Origin: Andalucia godoyi And28 | Lineage: Eukaryota > Protista > Jakobida | Reading direction: 5' to 3' | DNA: 64,000 nt | NCBI GenBank assembly: GCA_009859145.1 | Contig: VRVR01000024.1 | Coordinates: 128,749-192,748 of the forward strand | Shown here: piece after piece, positions 63,984 through 64,000 of the stretch | Layout of the letters: each line of letters begins with the position of its first letter | Position numbering within the stretch: the stretch's first letter is position 1 | Notes under the pieces: model-generated | What the model was told of the DNA's origin: nothing | Databases searched by the model: none | The model's input: the letters and a program-made list of their open reading frames with translations, nothing else | Program-made: the position numbers and the translations under genes

Positions 63984-64000
63984 TACCCTTACTCCTGTGG

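Noticed and set aside
1-64000. Non-standard genetic code
   Set aside because: Conserved genes end in TAA, TAG and TGA, and long conserved ORFs contain no internal stops.
1-64000. CRISPR arrays, tRNA, rRNA, snRNA genes
   Set aside because: No repeat-spacer arrays, cloverleaf or T-loop signatures, or rRNA/snRNA motifs were recognised by eye; a tRNAscan-SE or Infernal run would be needed to exclude them.

Overview
Eukaryotic nuclear DNA from a gene-dense, very intron-poor protist. There are about 32 protein-coding genes in 64 kb and only two coding-region introns are evident. The standard genetic code is used and intergenic DNA is rich in microsatellites. Ciliary genes (CFAP96-like, CFAP410-like, Tctex-1), Arp2/3 and WASH, and a mitochondrial pyruvate carrier point to a free-living flagellate; a jakobid/Discoba-like lineage is only a guess. 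Most genes are conserved housekeeping genes: GCN5, SIN3, SNF5, SRP72, RPS3A, ARPC3, WASH1, dymeclin, TTC4, TRAX, PARN, MPC2 and a GH31 glucosidase. The most notable items are five. (1) A single-ORF fusion of a NifS/selenocysteine-lyase-like enzyme with a Cys-type selenophosphate synthetase (SelD). (2) An unclassified dispersed repeat family with four copies sharing one 3' terminus, including a young inverted pair. (3) A LanC-like protein whose zinc ligands are all substituted. (4) A membrane-anchored HECT ligase with an array of TQT-like (LC8-binding) motifs. (5) A secreted beta-propeller plus legume-lectin mosaic protein. No rRNA, tRNA or CRISPR array was recognised. All assignments come from motif recognition by eye; no searches were run.
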